The notes under the pieces are model-generated. The model did no database searches. It was not told the origin of the DNA and was given only the letters and a program-made list of their open reading frames with translations. Positions 30,530-40,271 of a stretch of 58,962 nucleotides of DNA are shown here, one piece after another. The stretch's first letter is position 1. Each line of letters starts with the position of its first letter. The translations under genes were made by a program, and so were the position numbers. The stretch covers positions 1 through 58,962 of the forward strand of contig DASXKY010000069.1 in assembly GCA_036496555.1 (NCBI GenBank). Direction: 5' to 3'. The DNA is from Burkholderiales bacterium (GTDB lineage Bacteria > Pseudomonadota > Gammaproteobacteria > Burkholderiales > SG8-39).

Positions 30530-31263
30530 TTAACGGCCGGCTTCGGCGGCTCGTTGACGTCTTCGTCGCGCTGGCGCGGCGGCTGCCCGTCGTAGACCTG
30601 GTTGCGCCGGCGCTGCAGATACGCGTCGCGCAGGAAGATATACCGATCGAGCGCTGCCTGCTCGAGCAGGCTCGAAGCGTCGAGCAGCTCGGCGCGCCGG
30701 TTGACGAGGCGCAGGCCCCACATCGGGTCGCGGAAGCTGCTCGGGGTCACGTCGTTCCACGGATCGAAATGGAAGTCGAGCACGAGGCCCGTGCCGTCGC
30801 GCAGCGTGCTCGGGCCGATGAACGGGATCATGAGATAGGGGCCGGGCCCGATGCCCCAGCGGCCGAAGGTCTGGCCGAAGTCCTCGTCGTGCTTCTCGAT
30901 GCCCATGTCGGACGCCACGTCGTGGATGCCGAACAGGCCGATGGTGCTGTTGAAGGCGACACGCGCCCAGTCCTCGATGCCATCCTGGAACTTGCCCTGC
31001 AGGACGTTGTTCACGCCGATGAAGACGTCGCCGATGTTCGACCAGAAGTTGGAGATGCGATTGCGGATCTCGACGTGCAGCACGCTGCGGTAGGCTTTCG
31101 CCACCGGCGTGGCGATGGCCTCGTCGAAGCTGTCGTTGAAGTTGTAAATCGCGCGGTTCATCGGCTCGAGCGGGTCGCGCGGGTCGGCGTCCGGCGAGGT
31201 GGCGCAGCCGGAGACCGCGACGACGGCGAGCAGCGCAGTTGCCCGAAGCAGAAACCGCGTCAC
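30526..31263 (-). CDS. mlaA: outer-membrane lipoprotein MlaA/VacJ
   Basis: Lipobox AVSGC. DPLEPMNRAIYNFND and NSTIGLFGIHDVAS are VacJ hallmarks. Confidence 0.9.
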   Translation of the reverse strand: MTRFLLRATALLAVVAVSGCATSPDADPRDPLEPMNRAIYNFNDSFDEAIATPVAKAYRSVLHVEIRNRISNFWSNIGDVFIGVNNVLQGKFQDGIEDWARVAFNSTIGLFGIHDVASDMGIEKHDEDFGQTFGRWGIGPGPYLMIPFIGPSTLRDGTGLVLDFHFDPWNDVTPSSFRDPMWGLRLVNRRAELLDASSLLEQAALDRYIFLRDAYLQRRRNQVYDGQPPRQRDEDVNEPPKPAVK

Positions 31264-31742
31264 TTCTTATCATTCCCCTTCTCATTGCCCTCGGCTGCCT
31301 TGTTGAACAGGAATTGGCTGATCAGGTTCTCGAGCACCACCGCCGACTGCGTGAGGCGCAGCGTGCCGCCCGCCTCGAGCATCTTCGCGTCGCCGCCCGC
31401 TTCGAGCCCGACGTACTGCTCGCCGAGGATGCCGGAGGTGAGAATCTTCGCGGTCGTGTCGCGCGGGAACTTGTACTGCTGATCGAGGTTCATGGTCACC
31501 ACCGCCTCGAAGCTCTCGTTGTCGAAGCGGATCTCGGCGATGCGGCCGACCACCACGCCGGCGCTCTTGACCGGCGCGCGCACTTTGAGCCCGCCGATGT
31601 TCGAGAACTTCGCTTTCACCTCATAGCTCTGGCTGGAGGAGAAGGAGGCCAGGTTGCCGACCTTGAGGGCGAGGAACAGGAGGCCCGCCAAGCCGGCGAC
31701 GACGAAGATCCCGACCCAGAGGTCGATGCTGGTGCGGTTCAT
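31260..31742 (-). CDS. mlaD: MCE-domain protein MlaD
   Basis: N-terminal TM ([22 protein letters not shown]) and an MCE domain. 160 aa. Confidence 0.9.
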   Translation of the reverse strand: MNRTSIDLWVGIFVVAGLAGLLFLALKVGNLASFSSSQSYEVKAKFSNIGGLKVRAPVKSAGVVVGRIAEIRFDNESFEAVVTMNLDQQYKFPRDTTAKILTSGILGEQYVGLEAGGDAKMLEAGGTLRLTQSAVVLENLISQFLFNKAAEGNEKGNDKK

Positions 31743-32545
31743 CCTGCGTTACCTCCAGTGAACATGAGCGCCGTGAGCACGAAATCGAGCGCGAGTATGG
31801 CGAGCGAGGACATCACCACCGTGCGGGTCGTGGCGCGCGAAACGCCTTCGGCGGTCGGCACCGCGTCGTAGCCCTCGAATACCGCGATCCAGGTCACCGC
31901 GCCGCCGAAGACGACGCTCTTGATGACACCGTTCAGGATGTCCTCGCGCACGTCGACCGCCGCCTGCATCTGCGACCAGAAGGCGCCGGCGTCGACGCCG
32001 ATCAGCTGCACGCCGACGAGATACCCGCCGAAGATGCCCATCGCCGAGAACAGCGCCGCTAGGAGCGGCATCGAGATCACCCCGCCCCAGAAGCGCGGCG
32101 CGACGACGCGCGCAATCGGGTCGACCGCCATCATCTCCATCGCGGAGAGCTGCTCGGTGGCCTTCATCAGGCCGATCTCGGCGGTGATCGCCGAGCCGGC
32201 CCGACTCGCGAACAGGAGACCGGCGACCACGGGACCGAGCTCGCGTACCAGCGACAGCGCCACCAGCACGCCGAGCGACTCGGCGGCGCCGAAGCGCTGC
32301 AGCGTCTGATAGCCCTGCAGCGCGAGGACCATGCCGACGAACAGGCCCGACACCAGGATGATGATCAGCGACAGGACGCCGGCGAAGTAGACCTCCTTCA
32401 CCGTGAGGCGGAAGCGGCGCAGCGCGGTGCCCGAGTGCAGCACCAGGTAGGCGAGGAAGCGGCTGGCGAAGCCCAGGCGCCAGACGTATGAGGTCATGGC
32501 GCCGCCGAGGCGCTCGATGCGCGCGCGCAGGTCTGCTGCGTTCAT
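31739..32545 (-). CDS. mlaE: phospholipid ABC transporter permease MlaE
   Basis: Polytopic permease. [27 protein letters not shown] is typical of MlaE. Confidence 0.9.
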   Translation of the reverse strand: MNAADLRARIERLGGAMTSYVWRLGFASRFLAYLVLHSGTALRRFRLTVKEVYFAGVLSLIIILVSGLFVGMVLALQGYQTLQRFGAAESLGVLVALSLVRELGPVVAGLLFASRAGSAITAEIGLMKATEQLSAMEMMAVDPIARVVAPRFWGGVISMPLLAALFSAMGIFGGYLVGVQLIGVDAGAFWSQMQAAVDVREDILNGVIKSVVFGGAVTWIAVFEGYDAVPTAEGVSRATTRTVVMSSLAILALDFVLTALMFTGGNAG

Positions 32546-33354
32546 CCGGCGCGCGCGAGCTCCAGGTCGGCGGCGTAGTCGGGCGCCGGGTAATGGAACG
32601 GCACCGGGCCATCGCGCAGGCCATTGACGAACTGGTTGACGAACGGCTCGTGGCTCGCACGGATCTCGTCGGGCGTGCCTTTCGCGATGATGCGGCCCGC
32701 CGCCATGAAATAGACGTAGTCGACCACGCCGAGCGCCTCCTGCACATCGTGCGTAACGATCAGGGAGGTGGCGCCGAGCGAGCCGTTCAGCTCGCGGATC
32801 AGGCGCGAGATCACGCCGAAGGAGATCGGGTCGAGCGCGGTGAAGGGTTCATCGTAGAGGATCAGCCTGGGATCGAGCGCGATCGAGCGCGCAAGCGCGA
32901 CGCGGCGCGCCATGCCGCCGGAGAGCTCGGCTGGCATCAGGTGCGCGGCGCCGCGCAGGCCGACCGCCTCGAGCTTGAGCATGACCAGGTCGTGCAGCAG
33001 CTCTTCCGGCAGGTCGGCGTGCTCGCGCAGCGGGAAGGCGACGTTCTCGTATACCGAGAGATCGGTGAACAGGGCGCCGAACTGGAACAGCATGCCCATG
33101 CGGCTGCGCATGGCGTACAGGCCGTCGCGATCGAGCTGCGCCGTATCGTGGCCGAGCACCCGCACGGTGCCCGCGCTCGGGCGCAGCGCGCCCATGATCA
33201 TGCGCAGCAGCGTCGTCTTCCCGCAGCCCGACTGCCCCATGATGCCGACCACGGCGCCGCGCGGGATGGCAAGGTCGATGTCGCGCAGCACCAGCCGGGC
33301 CGCGTCGTAACCGAAGGAAACATCACGGATTTCTACGATGTGATCGTACTGCAC
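32542..33354 (-). CDS. mlaF: phospholipid ABC transporter ATP-binding protein MlaF
   Basis: GTG start. Walker [10 protein letters not shown], signature LSGGMARR, Walker [12 protein letters not shown]. Confidence 0.9.
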   Translation of the reverse strand: MQYDHIVEIRDVSFGYDAARLVLRDIDLAIPRGAVVGIMGQSGCGKTTLLRMIMGALRPSAGTVRVLGHDTAQLDRDGLYAMRSRMGMLFQFGALFTDLSVYENVAFPLREHADLPEELLHDLVMLKLEAVGLRGAAHLMPAELSGGMARRVALARSIALDPRLILYDEPFTALDPISFGVISRLIRELNGSLGATSLIVTHDVQEALGVVDYVYFMAAGRIIAKGTPDEIRASHEPFVNQFVNGLRDGPVPFHYPAPDYAADLELARAG

Positions 33355-33372
33355 GGGGTTATATTATCCCGC

Positions 33373-34108
33373 ATGAAGCAGGGGACCGAGCAGGACAAGG
33401 GGGCTGCAGCGGTGCGCATCGCCGCGCTCGCCAAGTGTTACGGGTGCGAAACGGCGCTCGCCGGCGTCGACCTGGAGGTGGCGCGGGGCGCCGCTTTCGG
33501 CCTGATCGGCGCCAACGGCGCGGGCAAGACGACGCTGATCAAGTGCATGCTCGACCTCTGCGCCGCCGACCGCGGCGAGGTGGAGATCTTCGGCATCGCT
33601 TCGAAGCTGCCGCGGGCGCGGGCCAGCCTGTCCTATATCCCGGAGCGCTTCTCGCCGCCGCACTACCTGCGCGGCGGCGAGTTCCTGCAGCACATGACGG
33701 TGCTCGCGGGCGCAGCCTACGACGCGGGCCGGGCAGCGCGGGTGCTCGCCGAGCTCGAGCTCGACGCCGACGCGCTCGGCCGCCCGGTGCGCACGCTGTC
33801 GAAGGGCATGGCACAGAAGCTCGGCCTTGCCGCCGGCTTCCTCGCCGAGCGCGCGCTGTACGTCCTCGACGAGCCGATGAGCGGGCTTGACCCCGCCGCG
33901 CGCGTGGCGGTGAAATCAGTGCTGCGCCGGCTGGGTGCCGAGGGCCGGACGCTGTTCTTCACCTCGCACGTCCTCGCCGACGTCGAGGAGCTGTGCTCGG
34001 CGATCGCCGTGCTCGACCTCGGGCGCGTGCGCTTTTGCGGCGCGCCGGGCGAGCTGCGCAGCCGCTACGCAGAGCCCGACCTCGAACGGGCCTACATAAG
34101 GTGCATCC

Positions 34109-34122
<14 letters not shown>
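33373..34122 (+). CDS. ABC transporter ATP-binding protein (orphan ATPase, first gene of the pilus-locus operon)
   Basis: ATG 33373. Walker A GANGAGKTT, signature LSKGMAQKL, Walker B LYVLDEPMSGLD, H-loop FFTSHV. No permease is adjacent. The 3' end overlaps the next gene by 14 nt. Confidence 0.85.
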
Positions 34123-35515
<1,393 letters not shown>

Positions 35516-35517
35516 CG

Positions 35518-36975
35518 GTGGCGCTGTACCTCGAGCATTTCGGCCTGTCCGAACCGCCGTTTCGCATCACGCCGCACACCGATTTCTTCTTCGACGGCGC
35601 CGACCGCGGCGCGACGCTCGAAGCACTGATCTACGCCATCCTGCACGACGAGGGCATCGTCAAAGTCTCGGGCGAGGTGGGCAGCGGCAAGACGATGCTG
35701 TGCCGCGTGCTGATGGAGCGGGTGCCAGCGCACGTCGAGACCATCTACCTCGCCACGCCCTCGCTCGGTCGTGACGAGATCCTGCACGCCATCGCCGACG
35801 ACCTCGACCTCAAGCTGAACGGCGAGCGCACCGCCGTTGCGTTGCGCGAGCTGCAGGAGCAGCTGATCCGTCTCTACGCCGCCGGCCGGCGCGTGGTAGT
35901 GCTGGTCGACGAAGCGCACGTGATGCCCGAGGAGACCCTGGAGCAGGTGCGGCTCCTCTCCAACCTCGAGTCGAACCGCCACAAGCTGCTGCAGATGGTG
36001 CTGTTCGGCCAGCCGGAGCTCGACGCGACGCTCGCCAAGGCCTCGCTGCGGCAGCTGCGCGACCGCATCACCCACTCGTTCCGCATGCGGCCGCTCGCCT
36101 TGCCCGAGGTGAAGAACTACGTGTCCTTCCGAATGCGCGCCGCCGGCTACCGCGGCCCCGAGCTGTTCCAGCCGCGCGCGCTGGCGATCATCGCGCGCGC
36201 ATCCGCCGGCCTCACGCGGCGCATCAACATCCTCTGCGACAAGGCGCTGCTTGCCGCGTTCACCGAGAGCACGCACGCGATCACCGACCGCCACGTGCGC
36301 GCCGCGGTCGCCGACTCGGAGTTCGCGGCGGTGACGCGCCCGGTGCGGCCGGCGCTGCTCGTCGCGGCGACCCTCGCCGCCGGCATCGCGGTCGGCGCGG
36401 TGGTGCAGTGGTGGTTCTTCTCCGGCCACGCGGAGCCCGGAGCGCCGGCGCAGGCGGCAGTCGCGCCCGTGAAGCCCGCCGCGGCGGAAAAACCCGTTGA
36501 GGAAAAAGCGCCGCCGCCGGAAAAGCCGGCCGCTGCGAAGCCGGTCGAGCCGCCGCCCCCGCAACAAACGCCGCCGCAGCCGCCTCCTCCCCGGCTCAGC
36601 GACGCGCAGGCGCGCCGCCTCGTCGGCTACTCGGCGGGCCGCCAGAAGCTCCTCGGCGAGCGCCTCGCGGCCGCGCGCGAGCTGCTCACGCGCGCGCCCG
36701 ACGAAAGCTATGCGATCGAGCTGTTCAATACCGACAACGCCGACCCGGCGCGCATGGAGCGCTTCCTCCTGCGCGCGCGCGAGCTGGTGCGTCTGGAGGA
36801 CCTTGCCGTGATCCCGCTCGCCGCGGGCGGCGGCGAATACCGGCTGCGCGTGGTGTACGGCGAATTTCCGACGCGCGAGGCCGCGCTCGAGGCCGAGCGG
36901 CGCCTGCCGCCGCGCTACCAGAACGCCTTCCGCACCTCGCCGCGCAGCTTCGCCGAGCTGCGCAGTCAAATTTAG
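35518..36975 (+). CDS. ExeA/GspA/MshM-type AAA+ ATPase with TM segment, Pro/Ala linker and C-terminal SPOR-like domain
   Basis: MALYLEHFGLSEPPFRITPHTDFFF and Walker A GEVGSGKT are ExeA/MshM hallmarks. TM helix LLVAATLAAGIAVGAVVQWWFF. C-terminus YAIELFNT...EYRLRVVYGEFPTREAALEAERRLP resembles SPOR. Confidence 0.85.
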   Translation: MALYLEHFGLSEPPFRITPHTDFFFDGADRGATLEALIYAILHDEGIVKVSGEVGSGKTMLCRVLMERVPAHVETIYLATPSLGRDEILHAIADDLDLKLNGERTAVALRELQEQLIRLYAAGRRVVVLVDEAHVMPEETLEQVRLLSNLESNRHKLLQMVLFGQPELDATLAKASLRQLRDRITHSFRMRPLALPEVKNYVSFRMRAAGYRGPELFQPRALAIIARASAGLTRRINILCDKALLAAFTESTHAITDRHVRAAVADSEFAAVTRPVRPALLVAATLAAGIAVGAVVQWWFFSGHAEPGAPAQAAVAPVKPAAAEKPVEEKAPPPEKPAAAKPVEPPPPQQTPPQPPPPRLSDAQARRLVGYSAGRQKLLGERLAAARELLTRAPDESYAIELFNTDNADPARMERFLLRARELVRLEDLAVIPLAAGGGEYRLRVVYGEFPTREAALEAERRLPPRYQNAFRTSPRSFAELRSQI

Positions 36976-37036
36976 TCAGACCGGAAATCCCCTGACGCCG
37001 CCGGATGTTATGCTTGCCGGAGGAGGGAGTATCGGG

Positions 37037-38824
37037 ATGAAGCCGGGGACCGGGGCCGCCGGATTGCTGTTGTGCGTCAATGGGCTGCTTCTGGCCGGCT
37101 GCGGACAAACGCCGGCGAAGCCGGCCGCCACGCACTTGCAGGCGGAAACGGCGCGTCCGGCCGAAGGCCAGATCCCGCCGCCGGTCCAGCTGGCGCCGAT
37201 CCTGCCCAAGCCGAAGCCGGCGGTGCGACAGGAGACCTACAGCGTGGTGGTGAACAACGTGCGCGTGCACGACCTGCTTTTCGCGCTCGCCCGCGACGCC
37301 AAGCTGAACGTCGACATCGGTCCCGACATTGCCGGCACAGTGACGCTGAACGCGATCGACCAGACGCTGCCGCAGCTGCTCGCGCGCATCGCGCGCCAGG
37401 TCGAAATGCGCTACGAGCTCGACGGCCAGACGCTCAGCGTAATGCGCGATACCCCGTACCTGCGCGCCTACAAGATTGACTACCTCAGCGCGGTGCGCAA
37501 CGTGAAGATGAGCTCGCTCGCCTCCACTCAGTTCGCTTCAGCCAACTCGGCGCAGGGCGCCGCCACCACCAGCGGCACCAGCACCGGCGCCATCGCGCAG
37601 GTCGACGTCTCCTCCGAAAATCGGCTGTGGGACTCGATCGTCATCAACGTGAAGGAGATCCTGCGCGAGACCGACAAGATCATCCCGAAGACGCAGGCCG
37701 CCGCGGCGCAAGTGGCGCCAACGGTCGCCGCGCCGGCGGCGGTGCCCGGCGTCGCGCCGGCCGCAGGGCCAGCGGGCCAGCAGGCCGTCGAGTACATCGA
37801 GTCCGCCTCGGTGATCGCCAACCGCGAAAGCGGCATCCTCTACGTGCGCGCCAGCTCGCGCCAGCACGAGAAGGTGCAGGAGTTCCTCGACCAGGTGCTG
37901 CTCGGCGCCAGGCGCCAGGTGCTGATCGAGGCCACGGTGGCCGAAGTGCAGCTGAACAACCAGTACCAGCGCGGCATCGACTGGCAGCGCCTGCGCGGCG
38001 GCGCCACCACGGTCGGCCGGCCGGCCTTTGGCACGGGCACGAGCGGCGCCGAGTTCAGCCAGAGCTCGGTCGGCACGCCGGCGGCGGTGAGCAGCAGCGC
38101 CTTCGTGCTCGGCGGCGCCGTCAACAGCCTCAACTTCAACTTCGCGCTTACGCTGCTCGAGTCGTTCGGCGACGTGAAGGTGCTCTCCAGCCCGAAGCTG
38201 TCGGTGCTCAACAACCAGACCGCGCTGCTGCGCGTGACGCGCGACATCATCTACTTCCAGGTGACGCCGTCGAACCTCACCGTCACCGGCTCGGGCGGCG
38301 GCACCGTCGTCGCGCCGCCTTCGTTCACCACCACACCGCTGGTCGCCGCCGAAGGCTTCATGATGAGCGTGCTGCCGCAGATCAACGACGCCGACACCAT
38401 CGTGCTCAACGTGCGGCCGACCATCCGCCGCCGCGTCGGCAACGCGACCGACCCCAACCCGGCGCTCACTACGCCGAACCTGATCCCCATCTTCGAGACG
38501 CGCGAGTTCGACTCGGTGCTGCGGCTGCAAAGCGGGCAGGTCGCGGTGCTCGGCGGGCTGATGCAGGACCAGCGCAGCCGCACCGAGGACACCATCCCGG
38601 GCATCAGCGCCATTCCCGGCGTGGGCGAGCTGCTCGAGCAGAAGACCGAGATCAACACCAAGACCGAGCTGGTGATCTTCCTGCGCGCCACCGTGATCCG
38701 CGAGCCGAGCATCGACGGCGACTTCCGCGCGCTGCGCGACTCGCTGCCGGGCGAGGATTTCCTCAGCCGGCCGAACCCGGCGCGCATCGCGCCGCCGGTC
38801 GGTCCCGGCGAGTCGACGCGCTGA
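37037..38824 (+). CDS. lipoprotein secretin (MshL/PilQ/GspD family)
   Basis: Lipobox LLLAGCG with a GGAGGAGGGAG-like RBS upstream of ATG 37037. Secretin core VKVLSSPKLSVLNNQTALL...GQVAVLGGLMQD...IPGISAIPGVGELLEQK...ELVIFLRATVI. Confidence 0.9.
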   Translation: MKPGTGAAGLLLCVNGLLLAGCGQTPAKPAATHLQAETARPAEGQIPPPVQLAPILPKPKPAVRQETYSVVVNNVRVHDLLFALARDAKLNVDIGPDIAGTVTLNAIDQTLPQLLARIARQVEMRYELDGQTLSVMRDTPYLRAYKIDYLSAVRNVKMSSLASTQFASANSAQGAATTSGTSTGAIAQVDVSSENRLWDSIVINVKEILRETDKIIPKTQAAAAQVAPTVAAPAAVPGVAPAAGPAGQQAVEYIESASVIANRESGILYVRASSRQHEKVQEFLDQVLLGARRQVLIEATVAEVQLNNQYQRGIDWQRLRGGATTVGRPAFGTGTSGAEFSQSSVGTPAAVSSSAFVLGGAVNSLNFNFALTLLESFGDVKVLSSPKLSVLNNQTALLRVTRDIIYFQVTPSNLTVTGSGGGTVVAPPSFTTTPLVAAEGFMMSVLPQINDADTIVLNVRPTIRRRVGNATDPNPALTTPNLIPIFETREFDSVLRLQSGQVAVLGGLMQDQRSRTEDTIPGISAIPGVGELLEQKTEINTKTELVIFLRATVIREPSIDGDFRALRDSLPGEDFLSRPNPARIAPPVGPGESTR

Positions 38825-38837
38825 GCGCGGCCCTGCA

Positions 38838-40250
38838 ATGAGCCTGCTGCTCGAGGCGCTCAAGAAGGCAGAGAGGGCCAAGGAGGAGGCGCAGCGCCGC
38901 GCGCGCGGCGAGTCCGAACCCGCGTCTACCTCCGCACCGCCGTCCGAGGCCGCGTCGCCGCTTACCCCGGCGAAAGCGTCGCCGCTCGCGCTCCAGGGCG
39001 AGATGGCGCCCGAGGCAGAGTCGAAGCGCGTGCTCACACGCTCCGAGCTGCCCGACATCAACCAGCCGCTCTCGATCGAGGGCGAGGACCTGGCGCCGAA
39101 TTCGAAAGCGCCACCGCGGCCGCGCGAGGAACTCAAGCTCGAGACACCGAAGGAAGCACCGCGCCGGCCCGCCGCGGCCGCCGCCGCCGCTGCGCAGGCC
39201 GCCGACCGCGAGGCCGGGAAGAATACCGCGCGCAAGGTCTTCGAAGCGAAGTTCCGCGAGCCGAACCCGAAGCTGCCGTTCTACATCACGATGGGCTTGC
39301 TGGGCGCGTTCGCCGTTGGCATCGTGATCTACTTCTACATGCAGTTGCGGCCGCCGTATCCGCTGGTCAATGCCAGCCCGCCGCGGCCGACGGGCGAGAC
39401 GCAGGTCGCCGCCGCGGCGCCCGCGCCGCTCGCGCCGAGCGCTGCGCCCGCGAGCGCGATCCCTGGCTTGCCGGGAACGCCCGCCGCCGCGCCGGCGCCC
39501 TCAGCAACGCCGGCGGTGCCGCGGCCCCAGGCCGCCGCGCCGACGCCCGGCCCCGGTCCGGAGCGGCCTCTGCTCTCCCCCGCGCCGCGCCTCGCCTCGC
39601 CGTCGGTCAACGCGCCTCGCGCGCCCGCCGCCCAAGCGCCCGCGCCGGGCCCCGAGGTGACCGTCAATCGCGCCGGCGCGCAACTGAACCCGAAGGTCGA
39701 GTCCGGCTATGCGGCCTATCAGGCCGGCGACTTGGCGAAAGCGCGCGCCGACTACGAACAGGCGCTCGCCGACGATCCCAACAACCGCGACGCGCTCCTC
39801 GGCCTCGCCGCGATCGAGACGCGCAGCGGCCGCTACGACGCCGCCGAAGCGGGCTATCTGCGCATGCTGCAGGTCGATCCGCGCGACGCCAACGCTCAGG
39901 CGGGGCTGCTCGCGCTGCGCGCCGCGCGCCAGGACCCGCTCGCGTCCGAAAGCCACGTGAAGTCGCTGCTTGCGCAGGCGCCCGGCGCGCATGTGCTGAA
40001 TTTCACACTCGGCAACCAGTTCGCCCAGCAGGGCCGCTGGGCGGAGGCACAGCAGGAATATTTCAAGGCCTTCGCCGGCGATCCGGAGAACGCCGACTTC
40101 GCCTATAACCTGGCGGTGAGCCTCGACCACCTGCGCCAGCCGCGCCTGGCGCGCGACTACTACCTGCGCGCAGTCGTGCTCGCCGAAAAGCGGAGCGGGG
40201 CGTTCGATATCGCCGCAGCGCGCAACCGGGCGAGTCAGCTGGGCAACTAG
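38838..40250 (+). CDS. bitopic TPR-repeat protein with GspB-like N-terminus (MshN-like position)
   Basis: N-terminus MSLLLEALKKAERAKEE resembles GspB/ExeB N-termini (recollection). TM FYITMGLLGAFAVGIVIYFYM. Long P/A-rich linker. C-terminal TPRs (YEQALADDPNNRDALLGLAAIE, YLRMLQVDPRDANA, YFKAFAGDPENADFAYNLAV). Confidence 0.75.
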   Translation: MSLLLEALKKAERAKEEAQRRARGESEPASTSAPPSEAASPLTPAKASPLALQGEMAPEAESKRVLTRSELPDINQPLSIEGEDLAPNSKAPPRPREELKLETPKEAPRRPAAAAAAAAQAADREAGKNTARKVFEAKFREPNPKLPFYITMGLLGAFAVGIVIYFYMQLRPPYPLVNASPPRPTGETQVAAAAPAPLAPSAAPASAIPGLPGTPAAAPAPSATPAVPRPQAAAPTPGPGPERPLLSPAPRLASPSVNAPRAPAAQAPAPGPEVTVNRAGAQLNPKVESGYAAYQAGDLAKARADYEQALADDPNNRDALLGLAAIETRSGRYDAAEAGYLRMLQVDPRDANAQAGLLALRAARQDPLASESHVKSLLAQAPGAHVLNFTLGNQFAQQGRWAEAQQEYFKAFAGDPENADFAYNLAVSLDHLRQPRLARDYYLRAVVLAEKRSGAFDIAAARNRASQLGN

Positions 40251-40271
40251 CCGGTTTATCATTCCATCCGG

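Noticed and set aside
37002-37018. Possible second sigma-54 promoter upstream of the secretin gene (CCGGAT-N-CTTGCC)
   Set aside because: The GG to GC spacing is one nucleotide too long (13 instead of 12). The -24 element is CCGGAT rather than TGGCAC. I judge it a chance match.
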